Positions 52,935-64,000 of a stretch of DNA of 64,000 nucleotides are shown in pieces. Source of the stretch: Eledone cirrhosa (taxonomy: Eukaryota). The stretch lies in NCBI GenBank assembly GCA_964016885.1, contig OZ024746.1, positions 70,680,001 through 70,744,000 of the forward strand, written 5' to 3'. The translations under genes and the position numbers were made by a program. Below the pieces are notes generated by a model. The model was given only the letters and a program-made list of their open reading frames with translations, was not told the DNA's origin and did no database searches. Numbering within the stretch: position 1 is the stretch's first letter; each line of letters starts with the position of its first letter.

Positions 52935-52970
52935 CTTTACCGGTTTCGCAGTTCTTCTGCTTTTCAAAAG
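52935..52970 (-). ncRNA. Mirror copy of the same minimal hammerhead
   Basis: Exact reverse complement of 53041-53076. Confidence 0.65.
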
Positions 52971-53040
52971 TAGAGTTGAGGTGGAGGGTCTGTTGTTTTT
53001 CTCACATCTGATGTGAGAAAAACCACAGACCTCAACTCTA

Positions 53041-53076
53041 CTTTTGAAAAGCAGAAGAACTGCGAAACCGGTAAAG
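53041..53076 (+). ncRNA. Minimal type I hammerhead ribozyme, U3-A8 core variant
   Basis: ctt-TTGAAAA-GCAG aagaa CTGC-GAAA-CCGG-TA-aag; helix III ACCGGT is palindromic (dimer type). Confidence 0.65.
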
Positions 53077-53275
53077 GAACCAAATAAATATATATATATT
53101 TGTTTAAAAATAAGACTCCAGTTGCATTTTCGATTTCATCTTTTTTTCTTTATATATATATATATATAGTAATAATTGTTTCTACAAGTAATAATAATAA
53201 ATGTGAAGATCCGAAGAGGGCTCAATAAGGATAAATATATATCAAATATATAAAAACCATAGAGCAAATATTTAA

Positions 53276-53378
53276 ATATATTAAAATAACAGATTAAAGT
53301 TTAAGTAAAGTATCGCTGCTTTCACCCTTAACGTTAAGGGTGAAAGCAGCGATTCTTTACTTAAACTTTAATCTGTTA

Positions 53379-53389
<11 letters not shown>
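53276..53389. repeat. 114 bp loopless palindrome
   Basis: 57 bp arms with one mismatch, centred on cccttaac|gttaaggg and abutting (TA)n. Confidence 0.9.
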
Positions 53390-53430
<41 letters not shown>

Positions 53431-53431
53431 T

Positions 53432-54545
53432 ATGTTTCTTTATTAGCCACAGGGGCACAAAATAAGGGGACAATTACAAAGGGGGGAGTTTACATACAAT
53501 AAAAACATAAAATATTATCACAAATGCAAATTAAAAGTTAATCGATTTTCCCCAATAAGGGGAGACAGTTCGTATGGGTAGCACATACCCCCGAAAAAAA
53601 TGTGCAACCCTCATCTCCAGGAGTACGAAGAGTTTGTACCCCTTTCCTCTCTTCCTCTTTTTCCTCAACCTACAGGCTGATATAGAGAGAAGGCCCATTC
53701 TCGCCACTTTCACCCACCTTTCATAAAACTTGCTGGGGTACAGCACCTCTCTCTCCATCCTGATTCTTCTTCCAAAGTGGTATTTTAAAAAAAGAATCAG
53801 TTGTTGGCCGGAGAGAAAGGTGTCTGACCTCAGCCCTTTTAACCTCGTCCACCATACAACCTCTTTCGCCATAGCTATCACAAGGAAAACTGCCTCTCCT
53901 TCGTTTTTGAAGGAGGGTGTCGGTTTGATCATGACAATGGACTCGGTGGTCAACCGGATTGGTCCCACCCGCGACAATAGTCGTTCTACATAGCCTCACA
54001 GGTCGGTAATGCCCGGGCAGTGTATGAATGCGTGCGCGATGGTTTCTTCGTCTTGCACGTATCTCGGACAGATCTTTTTTGAAGGGTCCCTGCCCGGGCC
54101 CCCCTGTCTGTAGAGCTTGTCTCGAACTGGTAGAGCTCCTCGGTAGCACTGCCAGGCCAGGGACTTTTGGAAGTTGTCCATCGGTCCCAGGCGGAAGGTC
54201 CTACCGAACAGACTGGCCAGTTCATCTTTCTGCGAGCACGTCGTTGCACTTGCTGCGGATCAACCCTCTATAGAATGACGAAGTGGAATCTCCACTGATC
54301 GCCGGGTCCACCTGCCAGAGGGCTGTGAGCGCCTGAGCACATTCGATGTGCCAGTCGCCCATTTTCCTTGGTCTTTGCTTGACCCAGGACTGCAGCTCAG
54401 TCAGCGAGACGAGTCGTGGGAAGGCTCGCCTCACGAACAGGACTCACACCGGTTGTCCGGTGAGGAATATGTAGAGATGCCGCAGCCTGAGCGCGTGTTT
54501 GCGAATCGTCAGCCATGGCATTGCCAGACCTCCATTGAAAGGGTG
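53432..54545 (-). mobile_element. L1/Tx1-clade LINE 3' fragment
   Basis: zf-RVT region LAWQCYRGALPVRDKL...ICPR..QDEETIAHAFIHC and AMAKEVVWWTR. An AATAAA precedes the junction with a (TC)n/(TA)n tract. Confidence 0.85.
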
Positions 54546-54739
54546 TTGGCAAGATGATGTTGTCCAAGAGAAAGGCAAAAGCCAATACAGTATGACTGCA
54601 ACACATGATAAATTGAAATCCTGTTTCAGTAGTAAAGTTTGAATTAACAAACCCATCTTTAGATATTGTATGCTACAACATACCAGGATGTTAAGAGTTT
54701 TTACAAAAACAAAACAAATTAAATAAACAATAATATATA

Positions 54740-55091
54740 ACATGATGATGACACATGACACAATACAGAAGACCCGACTTCCCATGAGCACAAGCTGAAG
54801 CATATGTACAGTAACCCCCCCCCCCAGCCTACACTGTTAAGTGGGCGTGTTAAAAACACAGCAAAACGCATCCAGCCCACACTGTAAAGTGGACGTATAA
54901 AAGACATAGCAAAAAGAACTCAGCCCACACTGTAAATGTGGTTGGCATTAGGAAGGGCATCCAGCCATAGAAAACCAGCCAGAAACACCCCTATTTGAGC
55001 GAGACATGGTCACTCAACACAACTTGCCTCAAAATAGGACGTGTCTAACCCATGCTAGCATGGAAGATGGACGTTAATCGATGATGATGAT
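54740..55091 (+). mobile_element. RTE 3' UTR fragment
   Basis: Homologous to 39640-40016, with a (GAT)n tail. Confidence 0.7.
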
Positions 55092-55887
55092 ATAATGTAC
55101 CATTTAACGAAATATATAAGTTACATCTGAACTAGATTATGAACTGGATAAATTGAACCAGATAATGAACTTAATTTTCTGTGAAATACCAATATCAAAC
55201 TTCAAAACTGTGCTAATCTCCTGGAAACAGAATCATGCTACATAGCCTTCTTTCTACTCAGTTAAATGAGAGAGGCAGTTCTACCTTGTCACTTAACCAG
55301 CTAAAAATAGCAGCCATATTTTCTTAAAATCACTCTCCTACCTTCTTCACTCAGCTGAAGAAATGAGTTGTGATGTTACTGGTGCCAAGCTGTACCATCA
55401 TTGCCTTTCTCTTGGATAACATCGGTGACATGGAGAAGGAAGATTGCTATGTATAGGTGACTGTTGGTCTTCCATAAAAACACCTTCCCAGTCTAGTACC
55501 TCAGAGGGGAGCTTTCTAGATGCAAAACCCATAGTCATTCATGGCCGAAGGAGGTCTTTACTCTTTTTCTTTCCTTAAACAATGTAGTCCTAAATACACC
55601 TTAAAATATATATCTAAATTCGCTCAAATCACACCATTTAAAAAAAGTAGAGAAAAGTATACACACATTTATTAGAATACTATTGAAGTATGTATACATT
55701 TTTGGGGGACACCCTGTATGTATGTATGCATATATATATAGGCTTAGGGGTCTCGGACATTTCAATGCTAGCGTTGAAATATCCGAGACCCCCAGTAGAC
55801 AACTGATGAGGAAAACTCCCCCCTCCCATTCTTCTTGATTTTAAGCCTACCTTAACTAGGAACTACATAGCCTTCTTATTCTCCATT

Positions 55888-55923
<36 letters not shown>

Positions 55924-57390
55924 TTTAGAAAATGTAGGAATCTCAATTACAGAAAACAATTAACAACAGTTGATTGTTAGAAATAATAGATCAGAAAATC
56001 GGGTAAAATACCCCTATGGATGGAAAAAAGTGGCCTGTATTCACTTTTTTCTGTCCCTAGAGATATTCAACCCAACTTTCTAAGCTATTATTGGGCAATG
56101 GATTGGCAGTATCTGCAGAGCTTCGGACAATATGCTTTGTGGCATAGAGTTACAGCCCTTTATGTTCTGAGTTCAAATCCCATCAAGATTAGCTTTGTCT
56201 TTTATCCTTATGGATGAAAATAAAGCAATAGTAACACACTAGGGTTGATTTAATTGACTTTTCTCTTACCCAAAATTGTTGGCCTTGTGCCTACTAAATC
56301 AGAAACTCTTATAGCAATTGATTATTGTTAGTTATTTTCTGTATTTGGGATCCCACATTCTCTAAAGAATAAAGTTATCCCTCAAATTCTTGATTATTTT
56401 CAAAATTATTTGAAAATCATAGGCAGTGTCTTTCATTAAAAATATAGTATTGAAAGGGTTGAGATGAATATTATAAAGTAAAGGTAAATTTCTTATAACC
56501 ATATCCAAGTCCAGGTTTTAATTCCTACATCAACCAACCTTAATAATAGCATTTACCTCTCATGAGAAAGGCATAGAATTTACCTGTAACCCACATATCT
56601 GACATCTTAAGAAATCAATGTAGTACTATAGAGTATAGATTTTTAAAATCATTATTCTATTTCAAATTCATATATTGCATTAATACCAGATGCTAAATCT
56701 TCATTAATTAACTTAATGGCCTGATTTGGGGGTGAGGGTGCATTTATTAATTTTATTTTTTACTTTATGGCTGGGACAGTGAAAAAGATTCTTGTGAAAA
56801 GAATTAGCTGATTGGCAAAACATAGAACAGTAATTGTTATAAACAATTTGTTATAAACTGCAGCCTAAAGATTATTGAAAGAGGGTTTCAAGTTTTAACT
56901 GAACTGTACTGTTGCAAATTTTCCTTAATATGAGACCTAATTAATTTAAACTAAAATTTCTGAAGAATTTATAATCCATTGAAAGTAGCTTGTTTGTATA
57001 TTTTTTTACTCAATAAATTTATTTATAAAAAAAAAACTGTAATTAGGAAGAAGTGTTGGCCTTATCAGCAAGTATGCTTCTGACAACCATCTGGATTAAG
57101 TAGGGGAGGAAAGAAAGAATGCTTTGATGAAGATGCATTTGGCTAGAGAATAAATACAGGGCTTCAGTTTGGAAGGAGGATGAGAGATTTTAGATATGTG
57201 TTGAATGAAAGTATCATATATTCTTAATGATCAGCCAGTAGTGCTGGATTTTGGCTTGATGAGGTGCTCAACTATATAAAGCTTGTCTTCCTTTATTTAA
57301 ACTGTGTTTGCTATTGACCCTGTGATAAACAGTCAAAACTCCAGAGTAATAAGACTCACTATTTAGCCTTAATAAAATGGGTGTATGTAT

Positions 57391-57885
57391 ATCATCATCA
57401 TCATCAACGTTTAACGTCCGTGTTCCACGCTTGCATGGGTTTGGACGGGGGTAGTCCCACTTGAGGCAAGGGTGATTGTCTTGCTCGCATAGGACTGTCT
57501 GGCAGGTTTTCTACAGTTGGATGCCCTTCCTAACACCAACCACATTTACAGTGTGGGTCTGGGAGGTTTTTACCGTGTTGCCTACACGGCCACATTACAG
57601 CGTGGACTGTGTGTTTTTTTGTCGTGACACCTACACAATCTCATTTGTTTCGGCCTGGATGGCGCGGCACCAACATAACTTTACATAGAACGGGGTGGTG
57701 TGGATGGGGTGGTGGTGGTGGTGGTGGGACGGGGTGTATTTTGTTAGAGATGCCTACTGGCTGTAGTAGGTTTTACTATGTATTTAGGTAAAGCGGGTCT
57801 TCTCTGTTACTGAGTACCGCCAAAGGTCTCGGTCCAGTGACATTGTCTTGGAGAGGTGTAAGTGTGTGAGGTCGGAGTTTATCAG
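57391..57885 (-). mobile_element. RTE LINE short 3' fragment
   Basis: Near-identical to about 58650-59250 and truncated into (TA)n. Confidence 0.9.
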
Positions 57886-58649
57886 ATATATATATATATA
57901 TATGTATACACACAGACTGCCCACTGTAAGAAATGCTTGTAAATAAGATATTTTTAGCTAAAGAAAGTTATAAGTTTACCTTGATAAGAGACATTACAAT
58001 GCTGAATATCAGGTCATAGTAGATTGTACAAAGTCCAACTATTTATGAATTATATAAGAGATGTAATTATGAATATATTGTTAGATTCTAGATATTTCTC
58101 TTAGACCCCCCAAAAAATTTTATTATATAATAGATTCTCTCTCTCTCCCCCCTCTCTCTCTCTATATATATACACACACACACCCATGCTAGCATGGAAA
58201 ATGGCCATTAAATGATGATGATGATATATATATCATCATCATCATCATCGTTTAATGCCTAGTCAACAATGTAAAGAGTTGTGTTGGTGACAAGGTAAAA
58301 AGCACCCAGTCTACATTGTAAAGTGATCGTTTTGGAGCCATGACAAAAAAGCTCCCAGTCCACACTGTAAAATGGTTGTGTTGCTGTCTTGACAAAAAGC
58401 GCGCAATCCACGCTGTAAAGTGGTTGCTTTGGTACCACGATAAAAAGCACCTAGTCTACACTGTAAATGTGGTTGGCATTAGAAAGGGCATCCAGCCATA
58501 GACACCAAGCCAGAAACAGTTTTGTATGAGCAAGATATAGTCACCTGATCTCACTTGTCTCACTATAGGACAACTCGTCTAACCCGTGCTAGTATGGAAA
58601 AATGGACATTAAACAATGATGATGATGATGAGGATGATATATATATATA

Positions 58650-60380
58650 TCATCATCATCATCATCGTTTAACGTCCGTGTTCCATGCTTGCATGGGTTT
58701 GGATGGGAGTTTTCCCACTTGAGGCAAGAGTGGTTGTCTTGCTCGCATAGGACTGTCTGGCGGGTTTTCTACAGTTGGATGCCCTTCCTAACACCAACCA
58801 CATTTACAGTGTGGGGCTGGGAGGTTTTTACCATGTTGCCTACACGGCCACATTACAGCGTGGACTGTCTGGCAGGTTTTCTACAGCTGGATGCCCTTCC
58901 TAACACCAACCACATTTACAGTGTGGGACTGGGACGTTTTTACCGTGTTGCCTACACGGTCACATTACAGCGTGGACTGTGTGTTTTTTTTTCGTGACAC
59001 CTACACGATCTCATTTGTTTCGGCCTGGATTTTGTGGCACCAACATAACTTTACATTGAAAGGGGCGGTGTGGATGGGGTGGGGGTGGTGGGACGGGGGT
59101 GTATTTTGTTAGAGATGCCTACTGACTGTAGTAGGTTTTACTTTGTATTTAGGTAACGCGGGTCTTCTCTGTTACTGAGTACCGCCAAAGGTCTCGGTCC
59201 AGTGACATTGTCTTGGAGAGGTGTAAGTGTGTGAGGTCGGAATTTATCAGCTCGTCCCAGGTTTTTCTGGGTCTGCCTACTCCGTGGCTACCATCTATCT
59301 TTATTGCCCTGCACTTTGTTATACAGCTGTCGTCTTTCATGCGCATCACGTGACCATACCAACGTAGCCTTCTCTCGAGTAAACAACATCTGATCCCTCT
59401 TATTTCTAATTTTTTCCTTAGTTCGTTTATGCTTTGCCGTTCGCGTATATTACTATTACACATCCAGCGGAGCATGCAAGCTTCGTTCCTCTCTAGTCTG
59501 CGTATATCCTCTGCACACAATGCCCAGGTCTCACTGCCATGCAACATTGCTGTTCGTATGCAGGCATCATACAACCTGCCTTTCACTTTTAGGGAGAACC
59601 CTTTAGCGGCTAATAGTGGTATAAGCTCTCTGAACTTTTTCCATCCAGTTCTGACTCTAGCTACTGTACTTTCAGAGCACCCTCCCCCACTGCTGATTTT
59701 GTCACCCAGGTAACGGAAGCTGTCCACTATTTCTATAGAACCCTCTGCGCAGTTGAAAGAGCTAGTATTTTGTGGGCACTTGCTGCTACTTATTGCACCA
59801 GAGCACCAGCCACATGTAAAATCTGTGTTCTTAGTTAGCTTACCTGTGATCCCACTACATCTTTTATGCACCCATACTTTACATTTGGGACATAAAATGG
59901 AGTTTCTACCTACGCCTTTCCTACACACTGAGCATGGCCATTTCCCGGAAGGGACCGGTGCCTTATTTTCTTTCCTACAAACTAGAACTTTAGTCTTAGC
60001 CATGTTAATTTTAAGGCCTTTTGATTCTAGGCCATGCTTCCATGTTTGGAATTTCTTCTCTAGCTCAGCCATTGATTCAGCTATGAGCGTTAGGTCATCT
60101 GCGTATAGGAGTTCCCATGGGCAGCCGGTCTTGAACTCCTCTGTTATAGCCTGAAGAGCAATAATGAATAGTAGGGGGCTAAGAACAGAGCCCTGATGGA
60201 CACCAACTTTTACGCTAAACTCTTCACTATATTCGTTGTTAATTCTAACCTTGCTCACTGTTTCTTTATACATGGCTTGTATAGCTCTCACAAGCCATTC
60301 GTTAACACCTAGTTTTCTAAGAGCCCACCAGATAATGGAACGGGGGACTCTGTCGAAGGCTTTCTCCAAGTCGACAAAGG
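58650..60380 (-). mobile_element. 5'-truncated RTE-clade LINE with an open RT frame (59149-60380) and 3' UTR
   Basis: AFVDLEKAFD, GVHQGSVLSPLLF, LLYADD, FRYLG, HGSETW, RRLRWYGHV and GRPRKTW with no stops over about 410 codons, and a (GAT)n tail. Confidence 0.95.
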
Positions 60381-61070
60381 CTATATATATATATACATAT
60401 ATAAAGCAAACAGACCAATCAAAGAGGAGAGGAAAGTGATTAGTTAAGAAAATTACAAGCCAGTAGAGAGAGGGTTAGTGTGCTCAATGCGTATAGTGTG
60501 CTCAATGCGTTAGTGTGCTCAATGCGTATGTACTCTGTACATGCCAAACTTTTACTTCTGCTTCATGTCAGCTAGTTTTACACGCCAAAATCTTAGATAC
60601 ACTATACCCCCCACCTAAGTAATGTCAGGGTCTCCTCAAATAATTTATTAATAGCATTGTTGTAATTGTTGTTATTGTTCTAACTGAATGCCATTACTAC
60701 TTCATATAGTAGCCTGTATATTCTCTTCATTCTCGCACGCTCCGAAGAACTGACTGGTTATAATTTTGTATTGGCGATCGAGTAACGTGAAAACAAGCGA
60801 ATAGCGATCTCTAGACCTACCAGTTCAGAGAAACAATTGTCAGCTATGAGATTAAAAACCTTTTTTGTATAGCAAACCATGTCAACCTTCTTTTCTGATT
60901 TATTATTACTCCAAGTGTTTACAACATAGGAATTACAGCATACCCGCAGCATCACTATGAAAACGCCTTGTTGAGTCAAACCAAGCCAAGCGTTGATATC
61001 ATCCACTACCCGGAATACCATAACTGGACTATACCTAAGTGGGCTGCATCTAACTATTATTTGTTACCCC

Positions 61071-61129
<59 letters not shown>

Positions 61130-61459
61130 CGTAGAAAATATGTTTAGCATATGTCTAGCTAGACATATTTTATATATATATAAACACACTCGCACACATA
61201 TATGGATGTATGCATCCGTGTGTGCATGTGTCTATCTTTACAATGACATCATTAAAAAAAACAGTGTTCTTCATTATATTCTATAACATAGCTGTTGATA
61301 AAATAAGTACCAAACATAAAAATAGATGCTACTGCTGATATGATTACCAAACTAATCAAGGCAATGCTTCGGCATGGCCACAATCCTATGACTGAAGGCA
61401 GTAAAAGAATAAAACAATATTAACTAAATAAATAAATTATTTACTTCTTTAAATAGATT

Positions 61460-61546
61460 TTATTTGTGAGCATGGAATGTAGAAATGAAAACACCATTGT
61501 CAATATTTAATGTAGCATGCCACCAGCGGTCAGGAAAATATATAGC
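61460..61546 (-). CDS. JMJD8: JMJD8 terminal coding exon (AIYFPDRWWHATLNIDNGVFISTFHAHK*)
   Basis: Acceptor cttttcatttttAG. It continues the previous exon in frame, contains YFPDRWWHATLN (distal JmjC His) and VFISTF, and stops at TAA 61460-61462. Confidence 0.93.
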   Translation of the reverse strand, partial: AIYFPDRWWHATLNIDNGVFISTFHAHK

Positions 61547-62290
61547 CTAAAAATGAAAAGAAGAAAAGTTACATCACATCAATATAACAATAGTTTAATG
61601 ATGACATGTGTATTGTATGTTTATGTAAATGTTTATCAACTAACTCTGTAATGATTTAACAGAAAATATCTTAAAATGGCTTTGTTAATTCAAATGTTTA
61701 TAATATCTTTACTAGTGAACATATCTTTGTGAAAATTTGCAGTAAACTAAAGCAAAAACATTATTTTCTAAGGTGATGCAGTCATAGTTATCTTTTCTAT
61801 TTTGTATGAATGTCTTGCTAATGTGGTTTCATGTGGTACAGGACGTGTGTCTGTTAAATTACTGGTAAGAAAAAAACATACAGTAATGATCTATTGTACA
61901 TGTAATATTAATTGTTTGTATATGTAATATTAATGTCATCTTTTCTGTCTTTTAATAAAACACAAGGACATCCAGCCATAGAAAGCTTGCTAAACAAAGG
62001 GTTGTGAGGACTCTTCAGTCATGTTAAAGACATGACAGCCTCTCCAATGTTGGTGACCTACACAATAAATGCACCCACTATGCTAGAAACAGTAGTCAAA
62101 TTTCCTCAAATCACATCCTACTGTTTTTTAAAAAAAGGGAGAGTACATGGAACAAAACAATCCCAGACATATCAAAATCAGCCAGGTGGGTCACATTTAG
62201 AATGCCTTTGATCACAAGTTTGCTCAATCAGAGTTGGCCTAGGGTTAAACAACAACTACAGTAATTACTATCACCATAAAAATTACTCAC

Positions 62291-62425
62291 TTGTCCAACA
62301 CTGAGTGTGCATTCTAAAGGCCTGTCTTCTGGTTTAAGAGATGGATAATGTTGTAAGAGCCACTGCAGAGTTGTTTGGTTAGGATGAAAATCTGGAATCT
62401 TATCTGGAGGATATAAAAACCATCT
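62291..62425 (-). CDS. JMJD8: JmjC domain-containing protein 8, penultimate coding exon (RWFLYPPDKIPDFHPNQTTLQWLLQHYPSLKPEDRPLECTLSVGQ)
   Basis: 135 nt open phase-0 exon between ttttgtttttcAG and GTgagt. The translation closely matches the JMJD8 motif RWFLYPPEKTPEFHPNKTTL..W....YP.L....RPLECT as recalled. It is absent from the ORF track because it is short. Confidence 0.93.
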
Positions 62426-63409
62426 CTGAAAAACAAAAGTTAAATATTGTTACAAACAAAAATAAAATTAAATACATATACTTCTGCCAATCTTTATTAC
62501 CACATATAGCAGAGTATGAACTATTATGACCATATTTTACTTGGTATTTGAGAATGTTCCTGATTGCTTTTTTTTAGGCCAATTATTATTTCCCATGAAA
62601 GAAGTCAATCAATGTGCAAACATGGATGATTCAACAAAAGCAAAAAAAAACATATCACTTTCAATACCACAGGCCAAGTTAAAGATGAGAATAGCTGTTT
62701 GGATCAACTATGCATGTGCTGCATTTTGTTATCTTCAAAGCTGGCTCTAGTCTAGGTCAGAGATTCATCTGGGTACAAATATCTGCATCAGACATCCACG
62801 ATCCACTGTGCATGGGTGACCTCTATTTGCAAGGCTGTGGATACACTGGCTGAAGCTGGCCTAATCCTTCTGACTCAAGTGCAGTTAAGTACAAGTATCT
62901 CAGACATAGACAATGAAATGAGGAAATTAACCCTATGGTTTGAATACAGGGTTTGGTTCAAAATTCTAAGAAGTTTACCAAACACAATAGACACCTTAAG
63001 AATGCTGAAGGGTACAACAGTCGAAACAAGATTATGGCAACCAAAAATGAGAACACTAGTTTGAATGATAAAGAAAATTTATTACACATATTGAAAAGCA
63101 CAAACATACACAAATATAATTGCTATCAATGCAGTTATTCATTAATAATACTATTAATGTAAAGGCCACATTCCTCAAATGTTTTGTGAAGCCAGATCAC
63201 ATGATTTTCTTTCAAAATGCCTTAACATTAAAGTTTCATAGAAAATGAAAAAAATAAATGTAAAGGAAAAGAGAATGCTTTAACCCTCCTACCCATAAGG
63301 ATTAACACATCGGTTACCATATTTCTAATGAAAGACAGAGCCTATGACTTTCAAATAATTTTGAAAATAATCAAGAATTTGGAGGAATTTAACTTTTTTA
63401 TATTTTCAT

Positions 63410-63760
63410 TTGATTAATATACGCGAATGGCAAAACATAAATGAACTAAGTGAGAAATTAGGAATAAGAGGGATCAGATGCTGTTTACTTAAGAGAGGAC
63501 TACATTGTAATGGTCACATGATGCACATGAAAGACGACAGCTGTATAAAAAAGTGCAGGGCGATCAAAATTGATGGAGTAGGTAGACCCAGAAAAACTGA
63601 GACAATTTGATAAATTCCAACCTTACACCCTTGCACCTCTCTAAGACAATGTCACTGGACCGAGATCTTTGGCGCCACGCAGTAACACAGAAGACCCGCC
63701 TTGTCTATGTACAAAGTGAAACCTACAGTCAGTAGTCACCTCTTAACAAATATACACCCC
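63410..63760 (+). mobile_element. RTE 3' fragment in a JMJD8 intron
   Basis: NIREWQNINELSEKLGIRGIRCCLL...GVGRPRKT matches the 59 kb element. Confidence 0.85.
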
Positions 63761-64000
63761 CAACCTATTTAAATCATGATGGAAATTTTTTAGATAAATA
63801 TAAACACTTTGAAACAAACAGCTTGTTATTGAAGAACCACAGGTGGTTTTAGGCAGGTTGGTATCAAAAGGTTTATAACAAAGCTGAAAGACAAATTGAT
63901 AACTGACTTATTCTATTGAGATTTCTAAAAGTAAACTAAAGGTAAATAAGTTATATCAATCAATTGCTTTGATAAATATAATTTGTAAAACTTATTAAAT

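Larger units (their letters stand above)
52793..53154. mobile_element. Palindromic hammerhead-bearing element in (TA)n
   Basis: About 145 bp arms (52857-53008 and 53010-53154) with a 1 nt loop, one mismatch and a 7 nt insertion. There is a hammerhead motif in each arm. Confidence 0.75.

Noticed and set aside
63005-63027. ctgaagggtacaacagtcgaaac (and a similar string near 37475-37500) as hammerhead remnants
   Set aside because: The core is incomplete and the stems do not pair; too degenerate to support.

Overview
AT-rich, repeat-dense animal genomic DNA. It is most likely an octopus or other cephalopod, inferred from the SINE/RTE repertoire and the (TA)n/(CAT)n density. Two host genes lie on the minus strand. 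The last two coding exons of JMJD8 are at 62291-62425 and 61460-61546. The first coding exon of a probable ACSL1/5/6-type long-chain acyl-CoA ligase is at 10406-10543, with a candidate promoter zone near 34.4-37.2 kb. The rest is intronic or intergenic and packed with mobile elements: two copies of a CR1/L2-group LINE (one with a PHD-finger ORF1), RTE LINEs (one with an open RT frame carrying a PHD finger inserted inside the RT), L1/Tx1 and CRE fragments, a hAT transposase nested in a mariner-type MITE, Helitrons, piggyBac/hAT/Tc1 MITEs, many tRNA-derived SINEs, and mini- and microsatellites. The most interesting signal is a Penelope-like retroelement (RT, CxCx5C linker, GIY-YIG) inserted in (TA)n. 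Its 3' tail encodes a type I hammerhead ribozyme with a compensatory U3-A8 core. Alongside it are about eight fold-back palindromes at (TA)n/(TAA)n tracts, several built from hammerhead-bearing sequences of at least three different families. All calls were made by eye; no searches were run.
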